NCBI GenBank assembly: GCA_964016885.1
Contig: OZ024759.1
Span: 29,574,001 to 29,638,000, forward strand
DNA: 64,000 bases
Origin: Eledone cirrhosa
Lineage: Eukaryota
Direction: 5' to 3'
The notes under the pieces are model-generated. The model searched no databases, was not told the DNA's origin, and saw only the letters and a list, made by a program, of their open reading frames with translations. Positions 27,169 through 41,785 of the stretch are shown here, in pieces; position 1 is the first letter of the stretch, and each line of letters begins with the position of its first letter. A program made the translations under genes and the position numbers.

Positions 27169-27964
27169 ATGCTAGAGTGGAGGATGGACGTTAAACGATG
27201 ATGATGATATATATATGTTAAGAAAAGGATGATGATGATATTCACAATTCATCTTCTTTACATATATATATCATCATCCTCATTATTTTATATTCATTGT
27301 TTGGATTCATCTATATATTAGGAATGAATGATGGAAGATTCAAATCAACTATTTATGGCTCAGAGCCATTCATTTGTGAAACACATGTTATACGGTATCA
27401 CAAATACAATATGTTGAGTTAAAACTGATACATACATACATATACATGCACACACACACACACATATATATATATAGAAATATACACATGTACACACACA
27501 TACGCACATACATACAGATAAACACACACACATATATACATATATATATATATAGAAATATACACATGTACACCCACATACGCACATACATACAGATAAA
27601 CACACATATACACACACATACAATAGTACAGAAAGCCACGATTTAATGAAAATAAGGTCTGATAATTTATTCCAGAACATTGGATAAATCGAACAATGGC
27701 GGCAATTGAAAGACATTAAGCTAAAGCAAATAAGAAAATAGTTATTAAGAAGTATAAAGCCTGATCTACATAATTCTGAAAGACGAAGCTAAACACCCAA
27801 CATTATATTTAAACAATGTGTATAATCTTCATTCATTTCAAATATTTGTAGAGTATCACGATTTAATTAATAGAAAATTGTTGGGTACAATGTCTTGCCT
27901 GTCATACATCCATTTTATAATTCATACTACATGCACATACACACTTTTATATATATATATATAT

Positions 27965-28017
<53 letters not shown>

Positions 28018-28151
28018 TCACATATATATATATACATACACACACATATATAAATATATATATATACACATATATATATATACACATATATATATACACA
28101 CACATATATATATATATTTGTATACATGAGTATATATGTATATATGTACAC

Positions 28152-28184
<33 letters not shown>

Positions 28185-28379
28185 CATATTTATATACATA
28201 CATATACATACACACACATATATATACATATGTATACATGTACATATATATATATGTACATATGTATATATGTATGCACATATATTTATGTATACATATA
28301 TGTACACACACCAACACATATATACATATATATGTATATATATATATATATGTATATATGTGTTGGTGTGTGTACACAC

Positions 28380-28411
<32 letters not shown>

Positions 28412-28417
28412 ATATGT

Positions 28418-28470
<53 letters not shown>

Positions 28471-28696
28471 GATACATACATACACATATATATATATATA
28501 GTATACGAAAGATGTACAATATTTAATAATTCTTTGTTATATGCAGTATATTTCTTATCCTCTTTAACTTGTAATTACAAGATCATTAGTTAAATAGCAT
28601 GTATTGAAACATCTGTGAATTGTGAAAGTAATCTAATCTCTTCTCAATTTGTTTCATTTATGTTCGTACATATATATATGGTTGTGTGTGTGTATG

Positions 28697-28751
<55 letters not shown>

Positions 28752-28863
28752 CTCCAGTTCCTCAGTGAATTAACAACCCAACAAGGAACTGGGCATATCA
28801 GAGTATTGACAATATTATACACCTAAACAACATATGTACTTGTCTATACCATACTAATTCAAA

Positions 28864-28916
28864 CTGCCTGAAGAGGTCACAGCCAAAGATGGCTGTCACT
28901 GAAATATATATAGCAG
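28864..28916 (+). ncRNA. Type I hammerhead ribozyme motif in a Penelope-like terminus (element about 28750-29065)
   Basis: ctgc-CTGAAGA-ggtcacagcc..ggctgtcact-GAAA-tatata-ta-gcag, followed by aataaa. Confidence 0.65.
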
Positions 28917-29493
28917 TAATAAACGAAGCTAAATTTTAATCATTTGACTTTTATTTAACTTTATTTTACACTACTCCGGAGTAACCAAACCAACCTGCGC
29001 ACTTCGTCGAGTGCTCCAGCCTGCATACTGAGGTGTTGGTATACAACCAACATAAACTCAAAATCTATCTATCTCTATATATATATATATATAGGAGAAA
29101 GTGCGCGGTCGGGCCGCAGAGCTCTGCGTGCATCGCCGCTCGGCGTCACGGTGCGGACGTCGCGTTTTTACCTTCTTGCCTCGCTTCTTGCCGTTCTTCT
29201 TGCCTATTTTCCTTTGCGCGTTCGGGGACGATGCGACGACGGCGCTTTTGCTTTATCGCGGGCGTTTGCCGTTCGCCTCTCGTTTTCGTTGCGGCGCTCC
29301 GGTCAGGGTTTGGAGTGTCGTCTCGCTTGGCTATTCGGTCGGTTCTTACGTCGTCGTGCCGTCACCTCGCCGCGGTCGCGCGTTCACCTCGCGGTTTTGT
29401 TTTTCTCTCCCTGCGCGCGCTTGCCTTTTTCTTTTCGAAATGATGATGATGATGAAAGTATGACCCCAACGGCAATACATACATATATACACA

Positions 29494-29532
<39 letters not shown>

Positions 29533-29644
29533 CTACATACATACATAAATCTTTAGAATAAAAAGGTCAATTTATCCTGATATCTACATAGGATTAGCCA
29601 TTCTAGGTGTAATTGTGTACGTATTAATGAAACACGTGTAACTT

Positions 29645-29940
29645 ATTACGCAGTAATACAGAAAACCCAACTTTCCATGGCGACAAGCCAAAGCTGAAGC
29701 ATATAGACAATATGCCCCCATCCCCTCCCACTGTAAAGTGGTTATGTAGGTGCCACGGTAAAAAAGTACCCAGCACTCACTGTAAATGAGGTTGGTGTTA
29801 GGAAGGGCATCCAGCTGTAGAAATGAGGCCAGAATCAGTTCCCGTATGAGCAAGACAAGGTCAGCCGACTGGACACTGCCCACAACAGGACAACCCGTCT
29901 AACCCATGCTAGTGTGGAAGAATGCATGTAAAACGGTGAT
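29645..29940 (+). mobile_element. RTE LINE family 1 3' end fragment
   Basis: Homologous to 48685-49020; other fragments at 3215-3380, 38605-38845 (-) and 59785-60175. Confidence 0.85.
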
Positions 29941-30285
29941 TGTGTATATATATATATATATATACACGATGGCTGCCCCCTCATTATCGAGTATGCCCAT
30001 TGCACGATATAACATTATTAATAATTATCAATTCATGCTATCATGCAATACCTGTGAGTGAAGATTTTTTAAAAGTGAGGAAAGACTGTACACTCTTATA
30101 TATATATATGTACTATATTGACGAGTTGTAGTGCACCTGAGCACTTTACACAATAATTTTATTATTATTATACATAGATATATATTTATATACACACACA
30201 CACATATATATATACATATATATGCATACACATATATAAATATGTATATACGCATACATATATACATACACACACACATATATCA

Positions 30286-30322
<37 letters not shown>

Positions 30323-31559
30323 TATCGCAAATGCTGGAGGGAACAACAAAGATTTATGAATACATATACATATATATTTAATGGTTTACGACTTGTTTCA
30401 AATCTTCCACAGTTTTGTCAGCCATTAAATATATGTATATGTATGTAGTCATAAATCTTTCTTGTTCGCTCCACCATTTTGAATATGATTTTTTGCTCTG
30501 TTAAACTGTCTCTCTTTCCATGTAATCACATGGCTCACTAGTTTTGCAATCTACCCTATGCGAGCAAGACAACCACTCTTGCCTCAAGTGGGAAAACCCC
30601 CGTCCAAACCCATGCAAGCGTGGAACAGGGACGTTAAACGATGATGATGATGACATGTAATCTACATAACTAATTACCTTTCTCTCCTCCTTATTAGCTT
30701 ACTTGCTTTTTACCTTGTTTTGGGGTAGTGTTTTCGATGCTCAGAGTGTTGCATTGGCCGAGTGCAAGGCCTTTCCCCACTTAAAAAACCTTCAAAGCAC
30801 AGGCATTGGGTGTTCAGGATCTGTTACAGGTTTGTGTGGCTGGCCATAGCCTAAAAGTGCACCATTTTCTGTAATCTGACAAACGATTGCAATACTCTTA
30901 GCAGAGTTTGTAGCCACCATATATATACATATATACATATATATATATATATAATATGGAAAACAATTAATCAGTGATGCATCAAAACACAATTTATTAA
31001 TGTATATCGAGGTGCGATCTATTTGTGGATCGAACCTGACTCTGGATTCGCAAGTTCCTCAGATACATCTAGTGATTTTGAAGCAAATCTTTTGTCTATT
31101 ATTATACTCTGCTCTGAAGGAGCATTGAGTACTCAACTGGTATACCGCCTATGGACGCATCCAAGCAACCTTACTACAAATATATATATATGAATATTTT
31201 GGTTTATTTTCATTGTTGAAAATTCAGTTACTTAAATGACTGCAGCCTGTTTACATTCTTCAAAGTTACCTTATACCTGCCATAAGAACATAGGTCCTAG
31301 AAGCATTACCTTGATGAATCTGCCACTACAATGCTGCATGAATTACTTCATATATATATATATATATATATATACATACATATGTACACATATATATATA
31401 CATACATATATGTATACATACATATGTACATATATATATATATATATGTATACACACATATATATATATATATATTTATACATACATATATGTATATATA
31501 TATATGTATGTGTATGTATGTATATATATCTATATATATATATATATATATACATATAT

Positions 31560-31600
<41 letters not shown>

Positions 31601-31837
31601 TATACATACACATATATATATAGATATATATACATACATACACACACATACATATATACATATATATGTATATATACATACACATACATATATATACATA
31701 CATACACATATATATACACACATACATATATATATACATACATACACACACATATATATACATACATACGCATATATATATATATACATACATACATACA
31801 TACATACATACATACATACACACATATATATATAGTT

Positions 31838-32036
31838 TTAATATAGATGAGATTCTACAGGACTAGAACTGTTTCATTAGAAATCATCAGGAATCTGAGA
31901 TTCCTGATGATTTCTAAAGAATGAAACAGTTCTAGTCCTGTAGAATCTCATCTATATTAAAGCTTTTATACTCTGCTATGTATTGAGTACCTTACTTAGT
32001 GCGGTTACCTCCGATTCAACCCGGAATAACGTACCG

Positions 32037-32037
<1 letters not shown>
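31838..32037 (+). mobile_element. Fold-back Penelope-like terminus, family B
   Basis: Inverted arm 31838-31895 mirrors 31897-31960; copy at 42220-42402, related tail at 43361-43440 (-). Confidence 0.6.
31896..31950 (+). ncRNA. Type I hammerhead ribozyme motif
   Basis: tgagattc-CTGATGA-tttctaaagaat-GAAA-cag..ctg-TA-gaatctca: 8-bp stem I and a GUA cleavage triplet. Confidence 0.7.
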
Positions 32038-32067
<30 letters not shown>

Positions 32068-32272
32068 CTTGTCTGTGTGTGTAAATCAGTAAATCAGGAA
32101 GTGTGAAACTAGTTAGACCATTACTCAACAGAGTACTCGACACTCGGGATAGTAGAGTATGGTTATATTCTAAAGAGTTGAGACCTGATGGCTGTGGTCT
32201 TGTCATTTTAGAAGCTAGTTCCGGACAAGATATATATATATATAAAATTAGTATTGGAAGATAGACGTTAAA

Positions 32273-32304
<32 letters not shown>

Positions 32305-32742
32305 GCTGTGAATAGATTATTTTGTTCACACAAGGAATGATATGGCATGGTCTGTAACACCTGATGGAATCACGGACACTGTAATGGCATATGTGTTTCT
32401 TGGGCATTTTAATTCCAGCGGTGCCTATCCTTCTCCGGAGAAGGATAGAAGCTGAAAAGAGGGAAAGAGAGACAGCTAGTTTCTTCCAGAGAGAGGAGGG
32501 GGGGGGGGAGTGAGAAAGGAGAAGTGCCGGATGTGAATCTTCCTGTTTTCTTGAGAAAGAACACATGATCCCGCTGCCATAGCTGCAGCTACAATGCTTG
32601 ACAGTGGAGTCAATATGCCGTGCCCTTGGAATATGGAATGGAATGCCTGTTGAGCAAGGGATACCTGCATTCCATCATAGGATACATTACTGGCTTGCAT
32701 ATTGTGAAACTTGTGGTGTAGATTTCAGATTCCCCAGAAGCC

Positions 32743-32778
<36 letters not shown>

Positions 32779-32967
32779 TTTACGTCCGCTTTTCCCTGCT
32801 TGCAAGGGTTGGACGGGTCCTATTCAGCACAGCATCTCTCCACTTGTCACGGTCCTTCGTCATCTCCTCGGTGAGTTTCAGCGATCTGAGGTCTGCTCGC
32901 ACCACCCTCCGCCCAAGTTTTTCGTGGTCTACCTCTACTGTGTCTTCCCTCAAAGATATCTATATAA

Positions 32968-33347
32968 TTGTTTCTACTTTTGGCACAAGGCCAGCAATTA
33001 TCCCAGTGTATTACTGGTACTTTATTTTACCGACCCCATAAGGATGAAAGGCAAAGTTAACTTTGGCGGGATTTGAACTCAGATCATAAAGAGAAGTAAC
33101 TCTATGCTTCAAAGCATGGCGTCCAACCCTCTACTGATATTGCCAATCCATCACCCTGTTTATATAATTGTTTCTATTTTAGGCACAAGGCCAGTAATTA
33201 CCCAGTGCATTACTGGTACTTTATTTTATCGACCCCGTAAGGATGAAAGGCAAAGTCAACCTCGGCAGGATTTGAACTCAGATCATAAAGAGAAGTAACT
33301 CTATGCTTCAAAGCATGGCGTCCAACCCTCTACTGATATTGCCAATC
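32968..33347 (-). mobile_element. Two tandem SINE family 2 copies
   Basis: About 200-bp direct duplication of the family 2 sequence. Confidence 0.8.
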
Positions 33348-33599
33348 ACCCTGTTTATATAATATCTATCGATCAGGTCCAGGTTTGTCTTTAACCTGTT
33401 TGTATATTCTTTGTGGTGGTGGCGTTTGTGGCAACATTTATCCTGCAATTTCCACTGTCACACCTCTAACGTATTGTTATTACTCTGAGCTATAATTTAT
33501 CGATATCATCTCATTGAGTGCTTTGTGCCAACTTCCGAGGATTGATTTCGAAAAATGCTAATTGCAGGTGCAACTTGGATTTACTCACTATTATATATA

Positions 33600-33692
<93 letters not shown>

Positions 33693-33918
33693 ATGTTAAA
33701 TGATGATGATGATACATACACATATGTATCAGCCTGTGGGACTGTCAAAAGACTTAGGCAATCATGATTTGTTTGTGTATTTTTCCATAATTGCAAAGGA
33801 AAAAAAACATTGTGAAAACAGCCTGAAAAATCATTCTTTTTCATTTGATGACTGACATTTTGGTCGTGGAACAAACAAGGAGAGAAAAACTCAGTAAAGA
33901 GATGTAAACTCACACACA

Positions 33919-33952
<34 letters not shown>

Positions 33953-33967
33953 CATATATATATATAC

Positions 33968-33998
<31 letters not shown>

Positions 33999-34035
33999 CA
34001 TAAATATATATATACATATATATATATATACATAA

Positions 34036-34078
<43 letters not shown>

Positions 34079-34083
34079 CACAC

Positions 34084-34202
<119 letters not shown>

Positions 34203-34315
34203 AGTAAAAGATATATGTATATATATTTGAATTATTATGGCTCTGGACAGAATCTATTGCGCTTGTTTATTGAGAAACAAAGATCAAACATATTTGATAC
34301 GATTTGATTCCTCGC

Positions 34316-34363
<48 letters not shown>

Positions 34364-34624
34364 GTGTGTGTTTATATATATATATATATACATGTGCATG
34401 TATGTGTGTGTATATATATATATAATTACATCATATATATATGTATATATGTATATATATATATATGTATATGAGGTGCATACAAAAAATGTAAGAAACT
34501 CAGATGCAGGAAATATCCGTAAATACATCTTGGTTTTTATAAACAATAGCTTAGAAAATCAGCAAACACTCCATACAGATAGAAACGAAACAAGAAACCA
34601 GCATATACATATATATATATATAC

Positions 34625-35174
34625 GATATATTAACAAATGGAAACTATATTTATAAAACCATATTTATTTCATTATATATATTTCAAGGACACCAACTTA
34701 AATTATGGTGTGCTTTCATCAGATAAAATATAATATAGATAAGTTTTATAAATAAATATTGACATACCCTTAAATAATGTGACCATTTCTATCCGGGAGC
34801 TTCCAACAGAAATGGTCGCATTATTTAAATCCCGCCGAGGTTTACTTTGCCTTTCATCCTTACGGGGTCGATAAAATAAAGTACCAGTAATGTACTGGGA
34901 TAATTGCTGGCCTTGTGCCAAAAGTAGAAACAATTATTTAAAGGTACGTTAATATTTATTTATAAAACTGATCTATATTATATTTTATCTGATGAAATCA
35001 CACCATAATTTAACTTGGTGTCCTTGAAATATGTATAATGAAATAAATATGGTTTTATAAATATAGTTTCCATTTGTTAATATATCGTATTTTTACTCCA
35101 ATTATTTGTTGAGTGCTTTATATCAGTTATAAAAATATTTGCTTGTTGTATCCCAACAATTTAAATAGAACTTC
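34625..35174 (+). mobile_element. Fold-back Penelope-like terminus, family F, with a SINE family 2 fragment in the loop
   Basis: 34625-34760 is the inverse of 34950-35090; hammerhead cores at 34989 (+) and about 34722 (-). Confidence 0.6.
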
Positions 35175-35195
35175 TATATATATATATATATATAT

Positions 35196-35450
35196 GTCAA
35201 AGGTAAACAGAAATAACAACACAATCGGTACAGTATATGGAAGGGATATATTAGGTTAACGCTTGATATAGCAGGAAGAGGGTCTTAACGTTTCGGACGC
35301 TAGTCCTTCATCAGAAGAAAGAATGAGAAATAAGATAGAATGAGGGGACCGGCGGGTTTGGATTTTCACCCTGAAACTGGATACCAACCCGGAGTACACC
35401 TGAACTTCCACCAGGAAATCCTTTGTATCATTGAAATTTTCTTTGCTTCT
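35196..35450 (-). mobile_element. Penelope-like terminus, family I, with minimal hammerhead
   Basis: Minus strand has CTGATGA-aggactagcgtcc-GAAA-cgtta; near-identical copy on + at 59150-59318. Confidence 0.65.
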
Positions 35451-35452
35451 TG

Positions 35453-35526
<74 letters not shown>

Positions 35527-36056
35527 TATATATAGATACTAGGATTGGAATTCAGAGTATTCCGCAGTTCACAGTAATAATAATAATATTAGCTCAAAGA
35601 AGAATAGAGAATTTTCTTCTGAGCTCAGACACAAATATATTACACAAATAGAAGTGTGTTACACAATGCTGCACATTTCTGTGGGGAAACGAACTTAATT
35701 TGTATCAGCAAACTTATAGTTATAAGGTTAGTCATTTAAACCTCTAATTCAGAGATTTGATTCTGACTTAGGTTTTGTACTATTTAATTGCTAAACCTGT
35801 AGATATTGTTTTCTATACAGTAACGGTAAAAATCACTTGTAATAATTATTTACACACATCTCACTGTGTAACACACTTCTATTTGTGTAATATATTTATA
35901 TATATACACACACACATTCTAGCATGGAAGATGGATGTTAAACGATGATGATGACAAATAAATCATAAATTATGATGTTATAGTGATATATTTTCCATTT
36001 ATTACTATTATATATATATATAATATATAATATATATATATATATATATAATATAT

Positions 36057-36091
<35 letters not shown>

Positions 36092-36609
36092 ATCATCATC
36101 ATCATTGTTTAACATCCATTTTCCATATTAGCATGGGTTCGACAGGTAGCCCCATAAGAGGCAAGTTGGGTCAGATGATCGTGTTTTGCTCATATAGGAC
36201 GGTTTCTGGCTAGGTTTCAACAGCTGGACACCACTACTACCACCACCACAATTACCAAGGCTACCACCAGTGCCACTACCACTCCCAAATTATACCATCA
36301 CATCGACAACATTAACACTACTACCACCATCATCACCACCAACAACACCACCACCACCACCACCTACCCCCCCCAACCTTTGGGGGATGCTAATGATGAT
36401 GATGATGATAATATTAATTGTAATAACAACTACAACAGCAATTCCTAATTCAGGAATTACACTAACAGTTTGTGTTTGGTGGGCAGCTGCAAGTACACAG
36501 CAGCCAAATTATAAATAACTTCCCCCTGAGTGAAGAAAGAAATATGAAAAAAACATGTTAAACATACAAACAAAATCTCCCCAAAACAGGACAAATAAAG
36601 TTTGTAATA

Positions 36610-37595
36610 ATGGTTTTTAATTTAGGCACAAGGCCAGCAATTACCCCAGTGCATTACTGGTACTTTATTTTATTGACCCCGTAAGGATGAAAGGCAAATT
36701 TAACCCATTGCCCTTAGTAATAATAATTGTTTCTACTTTTGGCACAAGGCCAGCAATTACCCAGTGTATTACTGGTACTTTATTTTATCGCCCCCGTAAG
36801 GATGAAAGGCAAAGTTAACCTCGGCGGGATTTGAACTCAGAATGGCAAGGGCCGTAACTCTATGCGTCAAAGGATGCTGTCCAACCCTCTACCGATACTG
36901 CCAATCCACCACCCTTAGTAATAATAATAATAATGTTTCTACGTTTGGCACCAGGCCAGCAATTACCCTCAGTGCACTACTGGTACTTTATTTTATCGAC
37001 CCCATAAGGATGAAAGGCAAAGTTAACCTCGGCGGGATTTGAGCTCAGATCGTAAAGGGCCCTAACTTTATGCTACAAAGCATGATGTCTGATGCTCTAT
37101 CGATACTGCCAAATGGTTTCTGAGGCAAAGGAAAGTTGATTAAATCGACCCCAGTGCATTACTGGGACTTTATTTCATTGACTCTGTAATAATTGTTTCT
37201 ACGTTAGGCACAAGGCCAGCAAATGACCCAGTGCATTACTGGTACTTTATTTTATCGACCCCGTAAGGATGAAAGGCAAAGTCAACCTTGGCGGGATTTG
37301 AACTCAGATCGTAAAGGGACGTAACTATGCTGGAAAGCATGGCGTCCGACCCTCTACCGATACTGCCAATCTACCGCCCTTTGATTTCTGATTTAGGTAC
37401 AAGGCCAACAATTTTGGGGGAGAGGAAAGTGAATTAAATTGACACCAGTGTGTTACTGGTATTTTATTTTATCATCCCTGTAAGGCTGAAAGACAAAGTT
37501 AATCTTGGTGAGATTTGAACTCAGAATGTAAAGGGCCACAACTCTATGCTGCAAAGCATGGTGACTGACGCTCTACCGATACTGCCAAACCACTG
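36610..37595 (-). mobile_element. Tandem cluster of about 6 full or partial SINE family 2 copies
   Basis: Repeated ggcacaaggccagcaattacccagtgcattactggtactttattttatcgacccc... Confidence 0.85.
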
Positions 37596-38869
37596 ACAGA
37601 TCCATAACCAAAGCCCCCAGAACTTACCTAGATATACAACATACAGAAAATAGCACTACTAAGCACTGAACACATATTACATATAGTACACTCAATACAA
37701 TAGAAATAACACCACTGAAATAATACTGAATGTAGCCAAGGTACATAGAGCTATGCTCGGTAATGCAGTAACAATCTATACTTAATATAGAAGAGCTTTG
37801 TTGGTTAGTTTCTTCTCACATCACACAAAAACGAAAACTGACAATTGAAAAGTAAGTACAGCAATGGTATAAAGGTTTAATACCCAGGCAGCGTTATTGA
37901 TATTAATTTTATAACATCAAAGTAGAAGAAAAACATCCTGGGTATGCTAACCAATTTGACTGCTATTTCTAGCAGGTTGGGAATCAACCATAAGGGATTC
38001 TCTCTGCACGTTCGTTGTCAGTGATGAGCATGTTTCGTGACAATCGTCTCCGATTCGAACACTGGTTTATACACACACACACACACACATACACACATGC
38101 TCTCACATTTATACTGTAAATTAAACAATGCATTCGATACAGTCATTTTCTCTTCTACCTGTCTTCTCTTATCTGTTTACCTGGGCAAAGCTGGGTGCCT
38201 CAGCTAGTAAGCAATAAAATAATAATAATAATAATTCTAACAACAGCAGCAAATTATTAATTATACAGTTATCAGAAATAATTACTAGTGTAATTACAAG
38301 AAAGTATTAAGAATACGATTGAAAATATTAATAACAGAGTTAACCAATTATCATTATTAATTAATCTATTTAATGACATATATGCCTCGTCTTATTTCAG
38401 CTGTGAATATTAGGAAAAACAATCTTTTGTTAATTACAAGTAAACCACCTATAATAAATTGGTTTCAATAACAAATGTGTTAATTACTGATTCAGTGAAA
38501 TGGCCAGTTTTATATCACCCTTTAGTGTTTACATTACTCTATATTTACTATTGTATTTTTGTGGTAAAGGCTTTATCTCACATCTTCTTTTCGTGTCCAC
38601 AAGAATCATCATCATCATCAGCGTTTTACGTCCGTTCTTCCACGCTAGCATGGGTTAGACGGGTTGTCCTGTTGTGGGCAGTGTCTGGTCGGCTGACCAT
38701 GCCTTGCTCATACAGGAACTGATTTGGCTTGATTTCTACAGCTGGATGCCCTTCCTAACACCAACCTCATTTACAGTGAGTGCTGGGTGCTTTTTTGCCG
38801 TGGCACCTCCACGACCACCTTGCAGTGGGGGGGGGGGGGGATAATGTCAGTTACAAATCATGGCTAGAT

Positions 38870-39050
38870 GTAGTTCTGCCACAGCTGAACGAACACATTG
38901 CTGTCTTTTCTCATTAAACTCAGCTAAGTCCAATGCTGCACTGGGGTGTTGCAACAGGGGGCATATCAGGAGGTACTGCATAGTCTGTGGTTCGATGCCG
39001 CAGTCACACACAACGCCCCCATCCTTTAAATATCCCCATTTTGCAAGATG
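38870..39050 (-). mobile_element. Non-LTR retrotransposon C-terminal zinc-knuckle fragment (Vingi/Ingi-like)
   Basis: HLAKWGYLKDGGVVCDCGIEPQTMQYLLICP; nested in a piggyBac-like MITE (38518-39199). Confidence 0.5.
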
Positions 39051-39454
39051 TTAATTCACATATCGAATCTATGAGATTTTGATGCTATTTATTTTAAGAA
39101 CAATACCTTAACATCAGTATGAGTGGCCAGTTTCGGCTGGTTTGAACAGAAAGAGTTGAGAGATACTGGCTGGCTATGGCCGGTTTAAATGATAAAGGGC
39201 TAACGTACATCTTATATTTTAGTGTTAAGTGGCTAATCACACCATAGACACATGCACTCTTAATATACTTCTCAGGGAGATTCAGCGAGTGATAAGACTG
39301 GACCTTTCAATTATAGGTACAGTTCATTCAATGATCTTCTAAACAGCTTCTGTAAATTTATTTCACTGACAAAGTTTAGGTTGATCTGTGGCTATAGTAA
39401 ATGACACTGTGACATCAAACCCAGGAGTTTGTGATTATGAAGTGAAAATCTTAA

Positions 39455-40146
39455 CCCTTTAGCATTTACATTACTCTATATATATACTAGCCGAATTACC
39501 CGCGCCTTGCTGCATTTCACATATTTTTTGTAAGAAAATGATGATTGATTTTAAATCAATGATATAATTTATGGAGAAAATGTCTGCATTTCAATATTAC
39601 TTAGAAAAACCCCATGATAATAGAGGTTCCAATACTCAAGTTATGAGCTTCCAAAAGTTTCACTATAGGAGGTTTAACCCTCATTAGGGTATCTTAATAT
39701 TATTGAAATTTGCTGAAAGTTTGTGAATAGGCATCATATCTTGTCATTTACCTATGGTTTAAATTTCATATAAATCGAAGGGAAAACATTTTCAGCAGTG
39801 GTTTGTGCCCCCAGGGAACCCTTTGATTAAAATGAAATATACTTATTCAAGTACCCTGGGCAATGTAGTTTCAGAATATATATGGTTATGGGGGTCTATC
39901 TCCAAAACCATAGGAGGAGTTCATGAACAAACAAACAAACAGACAGGAACTACAACTTTATATATATAGATTATATTTTCTCAGTAATGGCTTTACCTCA
40001 CATAGTTATCTCACATAATATTGAATGTATGAGATTTTGATATTATTTATTTTGAGAACAATACTTTAACATCAGTATGACTAGCCAGTTTGAACAGAAA
40101 GGTGAGAGAATTCTGGCCGGATGTGGCCTGTTTAAATGCTAAAGGG
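39455..40146 (+). mobile_element. piggyBac-like MITE interrupted by a Helitron-like insertion
   Basis: TTAA|ccctttagcattta ... taaatgctaaaggg|TTAA. Confidence 0.8.
39487..39970 (-). mobile_element. Non-autonomous Helitron-like element
   Basis: Minus strand starts TC(tatatatataaag), ends with a GC-rich segment and CTAG, and sits between A and T with no target duplication; absent from the MITE copy at 56626. Confidence 0.7.
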
Positions 40147-40209
40147 TTAAACATCCATCTATAGTGCTTTCACTGAGCAGGCATTTAATGTAAGTAAAAC
40201 ATTAGCTGA

Positions 40210-40730
40210 ACTCCATACATCAGACCTAGGTGATATTTTTGAGCCGTTAAACCATGAAGCTCTAAATCACATATCAAACCTAGGTGGTACTTTTGAGCCA
40301 CAAAAACCTGTAGCTTGAATTCATATATCAGACTTTGCTGATATTTTTGAGCCATTAAAACATGTAGCATGAATTCACATATCAGACCTATGTGATATCA
40401 TTGAGCCATTTAAACATGTAGCTCAACATCACATACCAGACTTAGGTGATTTTTGTGAGCTATTAAAACATGTAGCTTAAATTCACATATCAAACCGAGG
40501 TGGTATTGTAATTTAAACATGTAGCACAACTTCACACATCAAATTTAGGTTATATTTTTGAGCCATTAAAAACATGTAGCTCTATTAATCACATGTCAGA
40601 CACATGTGATATTTAATGTAATTAAAACAAGAAGCTTAACTTCACATATCAAACCTAGGTGAGATTTTTTAGCCATATAAACATGTAGTCCCACTTTACA
40701 TATCAAACCCAGGTGATATTTTTTAGCCAT
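40210..40730. repeat. About 55-bp degenerate minisatellite, about 9 copies
   Basis: Unit ttcacatatcaaacctaggtgatatttttgagccattaaaacatgtagc. Confidence 0.85.
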
Positions 40731-41746
40731 TTTGAGAAAAGATGTAAATAAAGTATACCATCGAATACAATAATTATTATATTAATTTTCAGTAATTAAT
40801 TATTATATTAATAATTAACTACTGTTAATTATTATAATAATTTTCAGTAATTAATTATATTAAAAATTAACATTAATTAATTATTATACTAATAAGTTCC
40901 TGCAGTTAATATATTAATTTATATCAAAGGCATGTATTGAGTTAGAAACTCAAAATAGTCTCTTACAATAAAATTTGCTCTAGGAAAGAGGTTTTTCTGA
41001 GCCGTAGCGAATCTGGTCCCCTATGATTTGAACACATATATGTATATGTCTGTGTTCATTTTTCTTTTTTGTTCAGTTATATTATATGGTTCGGAAAAAA
41101 CTCTTTCCTAGAGCTAATTTACAGTAATTAATTATATTAATATTTTTCAGTAATTAATAATTTACATTGATTAATTATTATAATAAAATTTTTCAACAAT
41201 TGATTATTATATTAATTATTAACTGCAGTTAATCATCATAATAATTTTCAGTAATTAATTATTATAATAATTTACTGCAATTAATTATCATATTAATTTT
41301 CAGTAGTTAATTATATTAATAATTTGCAGTATTTATTACCTGTAATAATTTGCAGTCATTGTTACCTGAAATAATTTGAAGTAATAATTTACCTGAAATA
41401 TTTATTTTGACATATATGTCACCTGTAATAATTTACAGGTGATAATTAACAATACAAAAAAACAAAAACAACAACAATTTCAGAACTCATAACATTGGCA
41501 CCTGTTCTCACCTGCCAAACAATGTCATAAATTTAATTAATTAATAATAATAATTTCTTACACAGGTATATGAAGGACCATTTTCTTGCTTGTTTTGTAA
41601 AACATTTGTTGGTGGGCTACGAGAGGGGGCAGTTAATTGACCTGATTAATCCCCCACCGTATGACTGGTATTTCATTTGATGATGAATTCAGTAGGGTAT
41701 GAAACTCAAGCAACATGAATGAGACAAAATATAATACAATGCAGTG

Positions 41747-41785
<39 letters not shown>

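Noticed and set aside
29033-29561. Three overlapping Arg/Ala-rich ORFs
   Set aside because: Expected from a GC-rich, A-poor composition; no motifs or splice context
32300-32745. Moderately GC-rich block with ORFs on both strands
   Set aside because: No recognisable motif; probably a decayed repeat and not supportable as a gene
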